Assembly: GCF_963921235.1 (NCBI RefSeq)
Contig: NC_086107.1
Span: 100,070,001-100,134,000 of the forward strand
DNA length: 64,000 bases
Direction: 5' to 3'
From: Mobula hypostoma
Lineage: Eukaryota
The notes beneath the pieces are model-generated. The model saw nothing but the letters and a program-made list of their open reading frames with translations, ran no database searches and was not told where the DNA came from. Shown here piece by piece: positions 38,401 to 51,226 of this stretch. Made by a program: the position numbers and the translations under genes. Every line of letters starts with the position of its first letter. The first letter of the stretch is position 1.

Positions 38401-40129
38401 TTCTGACTTGTATTTCATCTAAACGTTTCTAAAAGCGGAAGTTTGAACGACAGGCTTCTTCTATTGAGTCATCACCATATTGAGAATTGCATTTTAAAAT
38501 CTGCCAGCTATTCGATTTTATTTTTTTTAAATTTTGAACTCCTGTGTTAAAGTACCCAGTACCAATATCTTTGGGTTATTAACTTGTGAAAGTCAGATGG
38601 TACGACAGGTAGTATGGAAACTACCTTCAGTGTTAGAGTTCGCAGATATGGGCTTGGCTTCCGTCTCCCCGGCTGCACGAGCTTCCTGTCCTTTTTTTTT
38701 CCTTTTTTTTGAATGATTTCATCCATGTCCAAATTCCCTTTCTTTTGGTATGCTTTTCTAAGACTGCAGTCTTCAAGTTTGATTGCATCCTCGGAATGTG
38801 GAGAGCGGCTCAAATGGCAGTCTGCGTTTACTTAATGTAATAAAAAAACATTTAATATCCTTCGTACTTACAAAGCTGAACTAAAATAGTTTTGGTGTCG
38901 TTTTGATTTGGTACAATCGTTTCAATAGAGATTTTTTTTAAAAGGAGGAATTGAAATATCCTTATTCTGCCATTCGGTCGCTATCTTATGCCCCTCCCCC
39001 ACCCCACTCCTCTGTGCCCTTCCCATCATATATTTTTTTAAAAAGGTGTTCAGAATTCTATGAATGGCATATGAGTCTCTTAACCTTGGGCAATGTTAAA
39101 ATCATGAAATAAGTATTTTCTGTTGCAGTTTATAGTAGAACATCTAAAAGCGAATGGACGACGAAAGTACAACTGATAATTTTATATAATTAGGTAAAGG
39201 ACAGAGTTGCCTTATAAAGATCATACTGAAAGCATCCTAGCGTGCTTATTGAATACGGTTGGTAACTTTGTCTGTTCTTCAATACTAGTTCATTTGTAGT
39301 TTGCCCTCCAAATTGATAGGTGATTTGGTGGCGAAGATCGTGTAAATTGTAAAATCTTTTCATTAGAGTTCTACAGGCAGATTTTTTTTATTCTAACTTG
39401 TTAAAATGGCATGTGAACTGTTTGCTGTGCTTTACCCTCTCAAGATTTTTTTTACTGCATGCAATATAGCCCCACCCAGTTTTAAGTAGAAGATAGTGCA
39501 GTACGACGAAGTGTGTGACTCATGGCGAAGTGCACTGATAACTTGCAAAGCTTTCTGTTAGCTGGCTAGTTATATTTTCTAGAATTTTTAAACGTTACCA
39601 CTTGAAACTCTGGTAACAACTTATCTGTCTGGTGAAGCATGTATTTTTTACAAAAACCAAGGATATTGGAGAGCATGCCTGGTATTATGATTCAGGCACT
39701 GTTAGTACAATAAAGAAACACTAAGAGTCAGTTGCCTCATCCTTTCAGATATTAAAAAAATGAATTAAAGCATTCCAAAATTTGGGTATTTATTCTAATT
39801 TGCATAATTCTCACCACTGTGCTTGTCCTTGCTGAACTACATTGGCACTTGTTTTCAAATTCCACTGTGACTTCATCCCTCCTCATTATTTTGACCTATA
39901 TAACCCTTGGATGCCTTTGGTGTTCTCAATGTCTAACCCCTTGTTTGTATGTTTTGTCACCTTTTGTCACTCCGTTGGTTGTGCCTGGGCTTAGGCTCTG
40001 GAATTCCATTGCTATATCTCAACCATCTTTGTTTTAAGGTTTGTCTGAAGTTCTAATTGTATGCCAAACTTTGATCCTGTGATGCTCTGTATGATATTGT
40101 TAGTGTAAAGTGTCACAAGGGCAATGTCA

Positions 40130-40800
40130 GCAGAGGTCCTGATGAAGGGTCTTGGCTCAAAATGTTGACTACTCTTTTTCCATAGATGCTGCCTAGCTTG
40201 CAGAGTCCCTCCAGCATTTTGTGTATGTTGCTTGTCATCAGTATGATGCCTTTGTGGAGAATTGGAGTAGGTGAGCTTGCAACGCCATCCAGAAAGGTTG
40301 CGGTTGATCCTGTATCTCAGACACAGGCATGAGATTCTGCAGATGCTGGAAATCTGGAGTAATATGCACAGAAGACTGGAGGAACTTAGGAGGTCAGGCA
40401 GCATCAGTGGAGGGAAATGAACAGTCAAATATTTTGGGCTGATGGACTGAAAAGGAAGGGAGCCAAAAGCCAGAATAAAAAGGGGGAGGGAGGGGGTGGA
40501 GGGGATGATGAAATGGGGAATGTTGTGAGAAGCTAGGAGGTGATGGGTGAAACAGGCAGAGAGCTGAGGAAGGAATCTGAAAGAGGACAGTAGGCTGGGG
40601 TGGGGGTGAAGGTAAAGAGGTGGGGAACCACCTACCTTTTCTCTCACCTGGACTTGCCTACCAGTTTTTGCTCCTCACCCACCTTTTTATTCTAGCTACA
40701 GCCCCTTTCCTTTCCAGTTCTGATGAAACATCAATTGTTCATTTTCCTCCATAGACTCTGCCTGACCTGCTGAGTTCTTCCAGCATTATTTTTGTGTGTT
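40130..40800. mobile_element. Penelope pLTR fragment (40130-40233) and fold-back element (40321-40800)
   Basis: GTCCTGATGAAGGGTCTTGGCTCAAAATGTTGAC decayed ribozyme; inverted pLTR arms around a purine/pyrimidine spacer. Confidence 0.75.
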
Positions 40801-42889
40801 ATTCCTGTATCTCAAGTTCACTTTCCTACCTGATCCATGTATCTTTTGATTTTTCACATCACACACTGAGAACGAAAGTTGTGATTTGTGTGAAGGAAAT
40901 ATTTGTAATAGCATATGAAATTGACAAGCAACAATATTAATATGTACTGTATGTATGTAGTACATACTCCTTATTCAGTGCTTTGTGTGACTTACAAGTT
41001 CTTGGGGGAATAAGGTGTGGCAGGGTGCTCAGGAATGTAGACCAGTGTTTTGACTTGTTGCTGCCACTGATTCCATATGATATGTGCACTGGCTTGTGTT
41101 GTTTCATTGTGGAAAAGTGCAACACTGGCTGAAATTTTTGATCCTCTAGATTTGTGTTAATGTTATTGATGAATATTGTATTATTTCATAGTATGACAAA
41201 ATATTGTCATATTTGAAATGTCAAAATTATTTAAAAAAAACAAAAGAAGCAAATGAATTCCTCTCTTCACCACGTATAGAAAGCAAGAATTGTTGGTCTG
41301 GTTTTTATTGGTTCCCAGTAGCATTTTTGTGGCTTTCCCAAGTGGTGTGAATCCAATTTCACATAGTTGTATTTTCATGCATCGTATTGGGAGAATCATG
41401 TGCAAAAGGGGTTTCAGGGCTTAAAAACCTTTTAATAAAGAAGAATGCTGGTGGTCTCAGATTTGGCTGAAGTTATTTTGTAATGTTAGATGGATCTGCA
41501 TTTTCTGACTAAAATGGATCATGACTATTTCTTGGATAGGAAAGGCTGCACATGTATCGGTATCAAGGTCCGAATGGTAATGATAACTGGAACTCTTGAT
41601 AAAACTTTAATGTAGTTTGTCTGGTGGAGGCACTGAAAGTGAAGGTACTTTCAAAGGTATGGTTGACCAAAGATCCTTTCAATGAAAGGATTAAATGTAA
41701 TGAATTACAAGCAGAAATAATAGAACTGAAATACCAAAAATTGTCAAAACAATAATATATCTGCGGCAATATACACATCTGAAACATAGTGGAGGAACTC
41801 GTCACAGTGATTATTGGAGAGGTTCAAGATTTACTGAGTACCTAGAAATGACCGTATAAAGATCAGGATTGGCAATTAAGTTTTGCAATTAGCAAGAATG
41901 AAGAGGAATGGATGGCTGCATTAACAAGAAATAACAATGGGAGTTTAAAAATGCAACATTTAAGGTAGAGACAGACTACTTCAAAATATGAAATAAAGAC
42001 TAAATAATTACAGGACAATTTTCTATTAATAAACAGGCAAGATAGAGTGAACAAGAGGCAAGCAGTGGTTATTCCTGCAAGTATAGACAGTGTGCAAAGT
42101 TGAATGCTAATACAACTAATATGGATTGAAGGGCTGCGGCCCAGAATGATGCTGCCTGACCTACAGATTTTTGTCTGTATTGATCCAAATTTCAAACATC
42201 TGCAGTCTCTCTTCTGTCAGGTTACAGGAGGGAGTTTATATCCTGAGATTGTGGAATTTGATATGTGAAGTGATTACTAAAGAGAGAGTTTAAGGAGCGA
42301 TTGATAAGTATTTACGACAGGAATTGATTAACTAGAGGCAGCTTAATGATTTATTGCGGTCCAATGGCAGAATACTGGGTAAATTCTCTAGTATTTGTAA
42401 ATACCAAAAGCTTAAATGTTTATTGGATAATCACATTGAGGCATCCTTATAATGATTGAGGTCAATGGGTGGGGATTGGAGGAAACATACCAAAGAACTA
42501 AATTGTACTGACACACAACATGATTGCAGTCATCAGAAAGGATAGTTTTTGTAATCACTTGATTAAGTCTGCTAGTTTGATATTAGCTAGTTCATAGCCA
42601 TTCCATTGTAAAAAGATCAGGAGTGTGGCCATTTGCTGTTTATTCTAATACCATTTATAACTCTGATTCACTAGCACCCGGATAATAACCAGATACAGGC
42701 TTTGATAAGTAGTTGGTAACATTTATAGAGCTGGTGCCAGATTATCATAATTTCTTGGCTGTCAGTCTCTTGTCTACTGTACAAAAAAAAATCTTGGGGT
42801 AAATAATGGTTTGGTTATCTCAGCTATAAGTTGATAATGAGTAGTGGCTTCATGCGTTGGAGAATGGATATACTTCAGAACTAAAGTTT

Positions 42890-43876
42890 GCAATCATACT
42901 AGTGTTCAAGCAGAGCAGAATGATCTGTCTCAACAACTATTGACTGGTAGCACTCACATCTATCATTATAAAATGCTTGGAGGTTTGGTATGTCTACAAT
43001 TAACTCCTGCCTGAGCAAGAACCTGGACTTCCTGCAATTCACCTCTGTAGCTTTCTCTGCAAGTGGATCCTGTACTTCTTCATATGGAGACCATGTCAGT
43101 ACAGATTGATAACATCTCTTTGTTGACAATCAACACAGGCACATCTCAAGGATGTACACTTAGCCCACTGGTCTGCTCTCTCTACACATGACTGTGATGA
43201 AGCACAGTTTAAGAAGCCATTTATAAATTTGCAGAGTTGAGCATGAACCATTGTTCATATAATGTCAGATGGCAACAAAGAGTGAGATAAATCAGCTAGA
43301 TGAGTGGTGTGAAACAACAACTTTCTACTCAGTGTCAGCAAGACCAAGGGTTTGATTGTGGACTTCAGGAAAGAGAAGTTATAATTTGTTGAGAAATGAG
43401 CGGTGAAAGATGTAAGCATTTTATGTTTCTCATTTCAGGGTATCTGTCCTGAGATATATCTATGTTGATTTGTCAACAAAAAATGTTATTACCAATCTGT
43501 ACTGACTATGGTCTCCTTATGGGGAAGCCCAACACATTGATACAATTATGAAAAGGACATGTCAGCAGATTTAAAGAGTTTGAGAAGATTTGGTATGTCA
43601 CCAAAGAGTCTTGCAAATTTCTGTGGATGTACAGTGGAGAGCATTCTGACTGGTAGCCTCACAGGCTGGTATGAAGATTCCAATGCACAGGATCATATGA
43701 ATCTGCAGAGAGTTGTAGATTTAGTCAGCTTCATCATGGAAGTCTATGAACACTATCTTATTATTCCTTTTGCATTATTTTGTAAAGTGTAGCAATTTTG
43801 TTTTTGCATTGAAGTACTACCACAAAACAACAGATTTCACATCATATAAGACTGATAATAAACTTGATTCTGATTC
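42890..43876 (+). mobile_element. Decayed Rex1/Babar LINE
   Basis: ORF 43559-43792 LRRFGMSPK...VESILTG; (ATTCTG)n tail at 43867-43876. Confidence 0.75.
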
Positions 43877-44075
43877 AAGGCAAAAGTCAGTAGGTTGTGG
43901 AGTCCTCTCAGTCGGTAAGTGCAGTACCACAAATCAGTAATTTCAATAGATCAGAATTGGGCACTTTGTTTGATAAAATAGTATCAGAAATACTCTTGAT
44001 GAACAGTCTCATCCTAAAATCTTAACTGTTTATTCCATGTATAGATGCTGTTCAACTTGCTGAGTTTCTCTAGCG

Positions 44076-44155
44076 CAGGGGTTCCCAACATGGGGCCCAT
44101 GGATACCTTGCTTAATGGTATTGGTCCATGGCATAAAAATGGTTGGGAACCCCTG
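44076..44155. mobile_element. 80-bp hAT (Charlie-like) MITE
   Basis: Perfect TIRs CAGGGGTTCCCAAC / GTTGGGAACCCCTG; left flank CTCTAGCG resembles the NTCTAGAN target. Confidence 0.75.
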
Positions 44156-44300
44156 CAGCATTATGATTATGTTCTAGATTTCCAGCATCTGCAGAATCCC
44201 TTGTATCTATGCTCCATTTTTTCCTACTTTGGTTGTCAAAATGTTCTCAATATTCCAGTTAATTACTTTGCCATTAACACCCACTTTTCTAGTGGAATTA

Positions 44301-44831
44301 CACTCAGTGGTCACCTTATTAGGTACACCTGTACACCTCATTAATGCAAATATCAAATCAGCCATTCATTTGGCAGCAACTCAATGCATAAAAGCATGCA
44401 GACATGATCAAGAGATTCAGACCAACAGAATGGGGAAGAAATGTGATCCCAAGTGACTTTGACCATTGAATGATTGTTGGTGCTAGATGGGGTGGTTTAA
44501 GTATCTCAAACTGTTGATCTCCTGGGATTTTCATGCACAACAGTTTTGAATTTACAAAGAACAGTGCAAAAAAAGAAAACAGTGAGCAGCATTTCTGTGG
44601 GTGAAAATGCTTTGTTAATGAGAGGTCAGAGGAAAATTGCCAGACGGGTTCAAGCTGACAGGATTGTGACAATTCAAAACCATGTGTTACAACTGTGTTA
44701 CGCAGAAGAGCATATCTGAACACAATACTTCAAATCTTGAAGTGCATGGGTTACAGCAGCTGAAGAACATGAATGTATACTCAGTGGCCACTTCAGGTAC
44801 TGGAGATGCCTAATAAATTGAGCACTGAGTA
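44301..44831 (+). mobile_element. Non-autonomous Tc1/mariner element
   Basis: TA followed by CACTCAGTGGTCACCTTATTAGG; right end CCTAATAAATTGAGCACTGAG; remnant of a transposase N-terminus (MGKKCD). Confidence 0.7.
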
Positions 44832-45330
44832 CGTGTCCCTATGGAATACCTATTTGTTCAGGAGACAACTATAAATATTGGAATCTGGAACAGCAAGTAA
44901 TGCACTGGAGGAACTCAGTGGATTGTGCAGCATTTGTGGGATTTTGAACTGAAACATTGACTTTTTCTTTCCTCTCACAGGTGGTGTGTGACCAGCTGAA
45001 CATCTCCAGATCATTGAAATAATTTTTAATGACTAACTTAATCCCAATTCCAATCTATTTTAACCAACTGATCTCTCATCCTTGCAGTAATCTTCACTAC
45101 TGGAACCAACACAGAGTTTGAGGTTATAACTTGGTCATGCTGAACTGAGGGGTCAGATACACTTTGTATCTGACTCTCAATTTCATGTCTGTCATGGCTA
45201 GTGTGTATATATAGCATGATCCACATTCCTTTTTAGCCATCACCCTGTTATTTACATGACCATTTGTTTCATTGTGGCTGACAAATTATCTTGTCAACAG
45301 TTGTTAACTGAATTGGTAGCAGGAATGTTA

Positions 45331-46290
45331 TAGTCAGCCCTCCTTACCCGTGGGGGATTGGTTCCGGGACCCCCCGCCGCGGATACCAAAAAACGCGGAT
45401 GCTCAAGTCCATTATATGATTATGAAGACACGTAGTCCTCTTTTATTGTCATTTAGTAACGCATGCATTAAGAAATGATACATTATTTCCTCTGGTCTGA
45501 TATCACAAAACACAAGACAAACCAAGACTGAAAAAACTGACAAAACCACATAATTATAACATATAGTTACAAACAGTGTAACAAATACCATAACTTGATG
45601 AAGAAGTCCGTGAGCACAGTAAAGTTCAAAGTCTCTCAAATGTCCCACATCTCACGCAGACGGGAGAAGGAAGAAAAACTCTCCCTGCCATGCCGACCAC
45701 AATCCGACTCTGAGTCATCCGAAAACTTCGAGCTCTGATCAGCTCTCCGACACCGAGTACTGAGCACCATCTCTGTCCAAACGATTCGACCTCCTTCTCA
45801 GTCGCCAAAAGCAGGCAAGACCAGGGATTTTGAGGCCTATCCTCCAAAAGATTCCCGACCACATAGTAACGACAGCAGCGAACGGGCGTTTCAGAAATTT
45901 CTCCAGATGTTCCTCTGTGCTTTCACGTCCATTCTCCATCAAATCAGAATTGTCCATGGCCCCTATTTAACAGATATGATATCATTTTTCATCGGAGGGC
46001 TGCGCACACGCAGGCGTGCCGCCATCTTGTCCTCCCACCATAAAATGGTGTAGTACTTGCATATAACCTATGCACATCCTCCCATATACTTTAAATCATC
46101 TCTAGATTACTTATAATCCCTAATACAATGTAAATCCTATGTAACTAATTGTTATACTGTATTGTTTAGGGAATAATGACAAGAAAAAATGCTCAAACAA
46201 CGAGTGCTGGAGAGAGAACTTCTGGGTTTTCCCGATCCGCGGTCGGTTGAATCCGCGCATGTGGAACCCGCGGATAAGGAGGGCCGACTG
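45331..46290 (+). mobile_element. MER2-like TcMar-Tigger MITE interrupted by an insertion
   Basis: 24-bp TIRs with 4 mismatches (TAGTCAGCCCTCCTTACCCGTGGG / CCCGCGGATAAGGAGGGCCGACTG); TA at 45329-45330 and 46291-46292; internal sequence resembles recalled MER2. Confidence 0.85.
45417..46039 (-). mobile_element. Young non-autonomous retroelement nested in the MITE
   Basis: Minus strand starts ...CAAGATGGCGGC (YY1-like) and ends AATAAA...CATAATCATA; CpG-rich; no coding motif; MITE sequence rejoins across it. Confidence 0.65.
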
Positions 46291-46824
46291 TATATACATT
46301 GGGTGTTAATGCTAAGCTGTCATTCATCCCAAGGTTTAGAAGGTAGCTAGACTCCCAGTCACCACCTTTTCAGTGATAACAAAATCTAAATTGGCGCCCA
46401 ACCTAACAACTGAAATTGTTTACTAGATGTATCTAGATACCTTTACCCCTCTCTGCTCTTATTGTGTGCAGCTCATTAACTGACTAAAATTCTCTGTAAT
46501 AAAGGTGCATATGTAGGTGTTTGCTTGGGAGTTGATTGATCTCCACTGATCCCCATATGTTATACTACCTGTCCTATTATCTCTATATAAAGCCATTTGT
46601 ACAAATAATTTTGTTGTTTTTGTTCATTTAAATTTTGCTAGTTTACCTAGGTTATTGTAGTTTTCCTCCCATGTAATTTGCACTACTGTCCAAGTTTAAA
46701 GAGCATAAGCACAAGGGTATTCTAACCAAACATCTGTATATTTAGCAATAATTGCTGCTCTGTTTCCTTGCTCTGTAGATCCCCATTGTTCTACTTTAGT
46801 GTCAAATTTTAGAAAGTTAGAAAT

Positions 46825-47135
46825 TGGTGCAGCAGTTCATTTAATAGCTCTAGCTATCCATGTTCAATCATGATCTACAGTGCTATCTGTGGAGTTTGCG
46901 TGTCCTCTCTGTATCACCACCGAGGTTTCCCTGGGTTTCTGTTTTTTTCCAGATGTGTAGAGTGGTAGGGTAATTGGCTGCTATAAGTGATGTGCAGCTG
47001 AGTGGTAGAACCAGGATGAATTAATCAGATGGGGAAGTGGTGAAACCATGTTTGTGAGAAAATAAGGGAATGAGATTGCTATATGAGCTGGTATTAGACT
47101 TGGTAGATTAAAATAGCCTGCAGTTATGTTGTAAG
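46825..47135 (+). mobile_element. V-SINE (HE1-like) relic
   Basis: GTGGAGTTTGCGTGTCCTC...GGTTTCC...GGTAGGGTAATTGGC. Confidence 0.55.
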
Positions 47136-47169
47136 AAAATAAAGGTAATGATATCCATAGTCTGACAGG

Positions 47170-50100
47170 TAAGGACAGTGATTACAAACACAAAGGCATA
47201 ATTCAAAGCTCTTTAACTGAATGCATATAGCATTTGTAAAAGGTAGATAAATTGATAGTATAAATAGATACATTCAAATAACTTTAACCAAAGTCATGAT
47301 TGCACAGTAACCAAGGTTAAGTATTTAATATTTCTGGATATTTACAGATAAGTAAAATGGAATAGGAGATGGGCTGGCCCTGATAGTAAAGTGTGGAAGA
47401 GATTAGAGTACAGTCTATTTGGGTAAAACAGCAAGGAACAGAAAATGTTGATGGCAGTTGCATAAATGTCCCCCAAATAGTAAGTGAATCAGTATGTGAG
47501 TAAATTAGTTGTGTGTAATGAGGTTAACACAATAATAATGTAGACTGAGCGAATCAAATTAGTTGTAATATGGCGGATGAAGTTGTGAAATTTAAACGGA
47601 ATTCTAGATCGGTATCCAGAGGAATTGATAAAGAGCCAGGCTATTTTAGATCTGTGTAATATGAAAAGGTTAATTGAGGATCTGTAGCTAAAGGGCCTTT
47701 AGGGAACAATGATCATAATATGACTGGACTTTATACAAAGATTGAAAACGATTTAGTTCATTCTGAGTAAAGCAAACTGAAGGCTTGTCTATAGCAAGTT
47801 GTGATGCATTGAAGGTATGACTGTATGAGCAAAGACTATTGTTCAAATAATTAGCATCTCGTAGATTTAAGAAAATATCAGAACTCAGAAGGTCAATACT
47901 TTAATGATAGGGAAAATAAAAATAGGTTTTGGGAAGTATAAAAGGAAATTTTAAGATCTACTATAGTGATATTAAAACAAAAGATTAGCTAAAGTTAATA
48001 TGGGTCCCTTAAGGAATATGAAAAAAAAAATAACTTGTTGCAGGTGAGGAAGTGGTAGGGAAACCAAATAATTTTTTTTTCTGCTTTCCTGGGAGAAGGT
48101 ACAGAAAGCATCTTGGCAAAATATTGGAGAACTACAAGTGTGGAGCAAATGAGCTCAAGGCAATAAGCTTTTAGAGGGGAAAAAAATGGTATTGAAAGGT
48201 GATTTAAAAAGTGGTATTAAAAGGTAAAAAATCCCCACAGTCTATGTCCAAGAAGTTTTGAAGGAGATGGCAGTGGAAATAATGTGTTGTCATCTTTCAA
48301 ATTTCCATAGATTCCGGAAGATAGCAAGTGTAACTCCACATTTTAAGAAAGGTGGCAGATGACTTTTTTAGGTACCTTCAAATACGAAACTATGTTAACC
48401 AGAGTTGTAGATATACAGACCTATCAACAGTAGAATTAGAATTTTTCAAGATTCTGAATTCGGCTTGCAGTTCAATACCTAGTAAATCAGTTTCTCGCCT
48501 ATATAATGCACTCTCCCATGCTAAAAATGTAAATACACTGTATATTAAAGAGGAGGAGAAAGAAGCGGGGTTGGTACTTTCAGAGGAGGCTTGGGGGAAA
48601 ATCTGCAGCTTTCAATGGTCCTCGACTAATTCTTTGACTTGGAGAGAACATTGTTGGAAAAACATTATAAGATACTTCAAGACCCCATATCAGGAAAAAT
48701 ACAAAGATATAAATGTGATGTGTTGGAGAAGGTGCGGCTCCAAGGAGGCGAATCATTTTCATATTTTCTGGGATTGCCCTAAATTAAGTCTATTTTGGGA
48801 AGGTATTCATAGAACATTAGTTAAGGTACTTAGGTCCCAGATACCTCTGAACTTTGAGACGCTCTATTTGGGGCATGTATTGTTCCTTGAACAGAAGGAA
48901 GATATAAAGTTGCTGCAGGCCCTCTTAGCGGCAAGTAAGAAATCAATCACTAGAAAATGGCTAAATCCAATACCACCTACATTAGAAGATTGGTACGAAA
49001 TTATCTTGGAAATATTTAAAATGGAAAAGTTGACTTACTCCCTGAGAACTCAAAAAGAAACATTTTATCAAATCTGGAATAAATGGATTGAATATATAAC
49101 CCCAATGCGAGCAGACTTTAGATGACTCTCCTAATGATTTATATTGCTCTTCTCATCAACACAGTAATATTGCTAACGTAAACACCCCTAGTCTAAATGT
49201 TTGTTTTTTTTTGGAAAATAGAGAATTAACACAAGTAAAGGGAAAGATTTGGGAAAGGGATAAAAAAAAGAAAAAATTAAGTAAATAAGTACATAGGGAT
49301 TGGATAATTATGTCTGCAGGCAGGAACAAGCATGAACAAATTGGGATATAAACACCTACAATGGTTGGTATATAGGCTTGTATGCAACATTTTGGACCAG
49401 TGGAAATGGTCCAGAAGGGTTGTATGGAAACTATTATTACCATTTTTCTTAACAACTAATTTCATTACTTAGCCTAATAGGTTAGATTTACCACAGTACA
49501 TAATTATCTATTTAAATGTTTATTTTCCTTTTATATCATCTCAATGTGTACTTAAGAATGTATAAATAATCGTAGTTTTATACATATAAAAAAATGGAAA
49601 AGGTTATATGTGTGAAAAAAGTACATGATAATTGTGAATTCCTTATCCAAATAAAAATAAAATTTAAAAAAAAGGTGGCAGAAAGACAACAAGACCAGTT
49701 AGCTTGCTATCAGTAGTAGGGAGACAATGCTAGAATCTGTTATTACTGTTAAAAGGTTTAGATGGAAAATAATAACATTAGGCAGAGTGAACATGGCTTT
49801 ATGAATTGGAAATCACATTTGATAAATTTTTTTGGAGAATTTTTTGAGCTTGCAACTAGTGGAATGGGTAAGGTGAGTCAGTTGTCTTATGAGCGAGTCA
49901 GTTCATAAAGTGCCTTATGAAATTTAAACACTGATGTGTACCCTGCGTTGGTGAATGGTTACTGGACAAAAACAATTGGGTAATTTTTCAGTGGGAAGAC
50001 CAATAGAATATGCCGATAGGTTAGTGCTGAGGGCAATGTATATCATTGATTTGGATGAAGGAATCAAGTTTGCTGATGATACTAAGTAGGTGGTAATGTG

Positions 50101-50490
50101 TTTGTGAGGAAGATACAGAGACTGCAGGGGAATACAAGCAGGTTAGCAAGGATATAAACATATGAAACATAATGTGCATTTATTCACTTCTGTAGACAGA
50201 AAGATGAAGCATTTTAAGTGAATTATTTTAAAAATGTTGGTATTCAAATGGGCTAGAATGTTCTTAGAAATTGAAAATTAATGTGCAAATTCAGCAAGAA
50301 ATTAGGAAGGAAATGTTATAAGAGGCAATGAGTACAAGAGTGCAGGTAACTTGTTGAAATTAGGGACTTTGTGAACCAGCACTTGAAATATTGTGCAGAT
50401 TTTTCATATTTTTACCTAAGGAAAGATGTTTATGATAGAGTGAGTGCACCTGATGTTAACTAGGTTGACTCCTGCATTGCTGGGTATATT
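47170..50490 (+). mobile_element. Old, heavily decayed CR1 LINE hosting the L1 insertion
   Basis: ASVTPHFKKGG...RPVSLLSVVG split by the L1; KFADDTK remnant at about 50066. Confidence 0.7.
48360..49670 (+). mobile_element. Young 5'-truncated L1 LINE (ORF2 C-terminus, 3'UTR, A tail)
   Basis: Open frame to 49125 with FFRYLQIR and zinc knuckle CWRRC...H...C (HIFWDCP); TSD AAAGGTGGCAGA at 48348-48359 and 49671-49682; AATAAA before the A tail. Confidence 0.92.
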
Positions 50491-50672
50491 GCATGAGGAG
50501 AGATCAAGTTAAATTGTCAGTCATACATGAATACCAATTAATACAGCCAAGTGAAATAGCATTACTCCAGGGCCAAGGTGCAAAACACAGTACCAACAGT
50601 CATAACAGCACAAGGCACATAAAGCACATACAAGACAGCAGTAAAATAGTGAAAAACATTAAAAAAAAATTG

Positions 50673-51226
50673 CAATACTGCAAAAGTTTTGGACATTTAT
50701 GTGTATGTATGTATATATGTATGTATTTGTAAAAAAAAAAAGCTAGGGTGCCCGAGATGTTTGCACAGTACTATATTTGTCAACGTGGAGCGGAGAGTGA
50801 GTTTGTAAATCGACAGGAACTAAGAATGTTGGGAATAGTGAGGGTGGAATGCCGGAGGAGGGGTGTGGGACAAGTGACAGGAGCAGGACGTGGTACAGGT
50901 GCACGCACATCCAGCCCTGAGACACCAGGCAAGGTTATTTAATTCTAAACAATTGGCATATTGATCATTCTAGAAAGTCTCCCTGGTGCTTGCCGCTCCC
51001 TTCCTCTTTTCCCAACCATAATTCCCCTGTTCCTGCCCTCTTCCAACTCTCAGTCCAAAATGAAGACCGATATCAAAATCAGGTTTATTATCGTCACATG
51101 TTATGAAATTTGTTTTTGCAGCAGCAGTACAATATATAAAATTACTACAGAACTGTGCAAAGTCTTAGACACCCTAGCGCGCGTTCGTTCTCTCTTGCGC
51201 TCTGTCAGACTTTTGCACAATACTGT
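50673..51226 (+). mobile_element. Composite Tc1-like non-autonomous element: two mini-palindromes bracketing a ~380-bp core
   Basis: CAATACTGCAAAAGT...TTTGCACAGTAC at the left and CAGAACTGTGCAAAGTC...GACTTTTGCACAATACTG at the right; core shared with 14375-14760. Confidence 0.65.

Noticed and set aside
37760..38418. Several overlapping Arg/Ala/Gly-rich ORFs
   Set aside because: By-product of GC-rich CpG-island sequence with few stop codons; no recognisable protein
29120..40170. Other hammerhead-like motifs (29120, 35354, 37231, 40136; also 25432)
   Set aside because: Each has substitutions in the CUGANGA or GAAA box or the cleavage triplet; probably inactive
40012..40647. 211-aa minus-strand ORF
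   Set aside because: Runs across low-complexity Penelope pLTR relics; no domain recognised
48352..49125. 257-aa ORF as a host zinc-finger gene
   Set aside because: L1 ORF2 C-terminus bounded by a TSD and A tail; its start codon lies in the TSD
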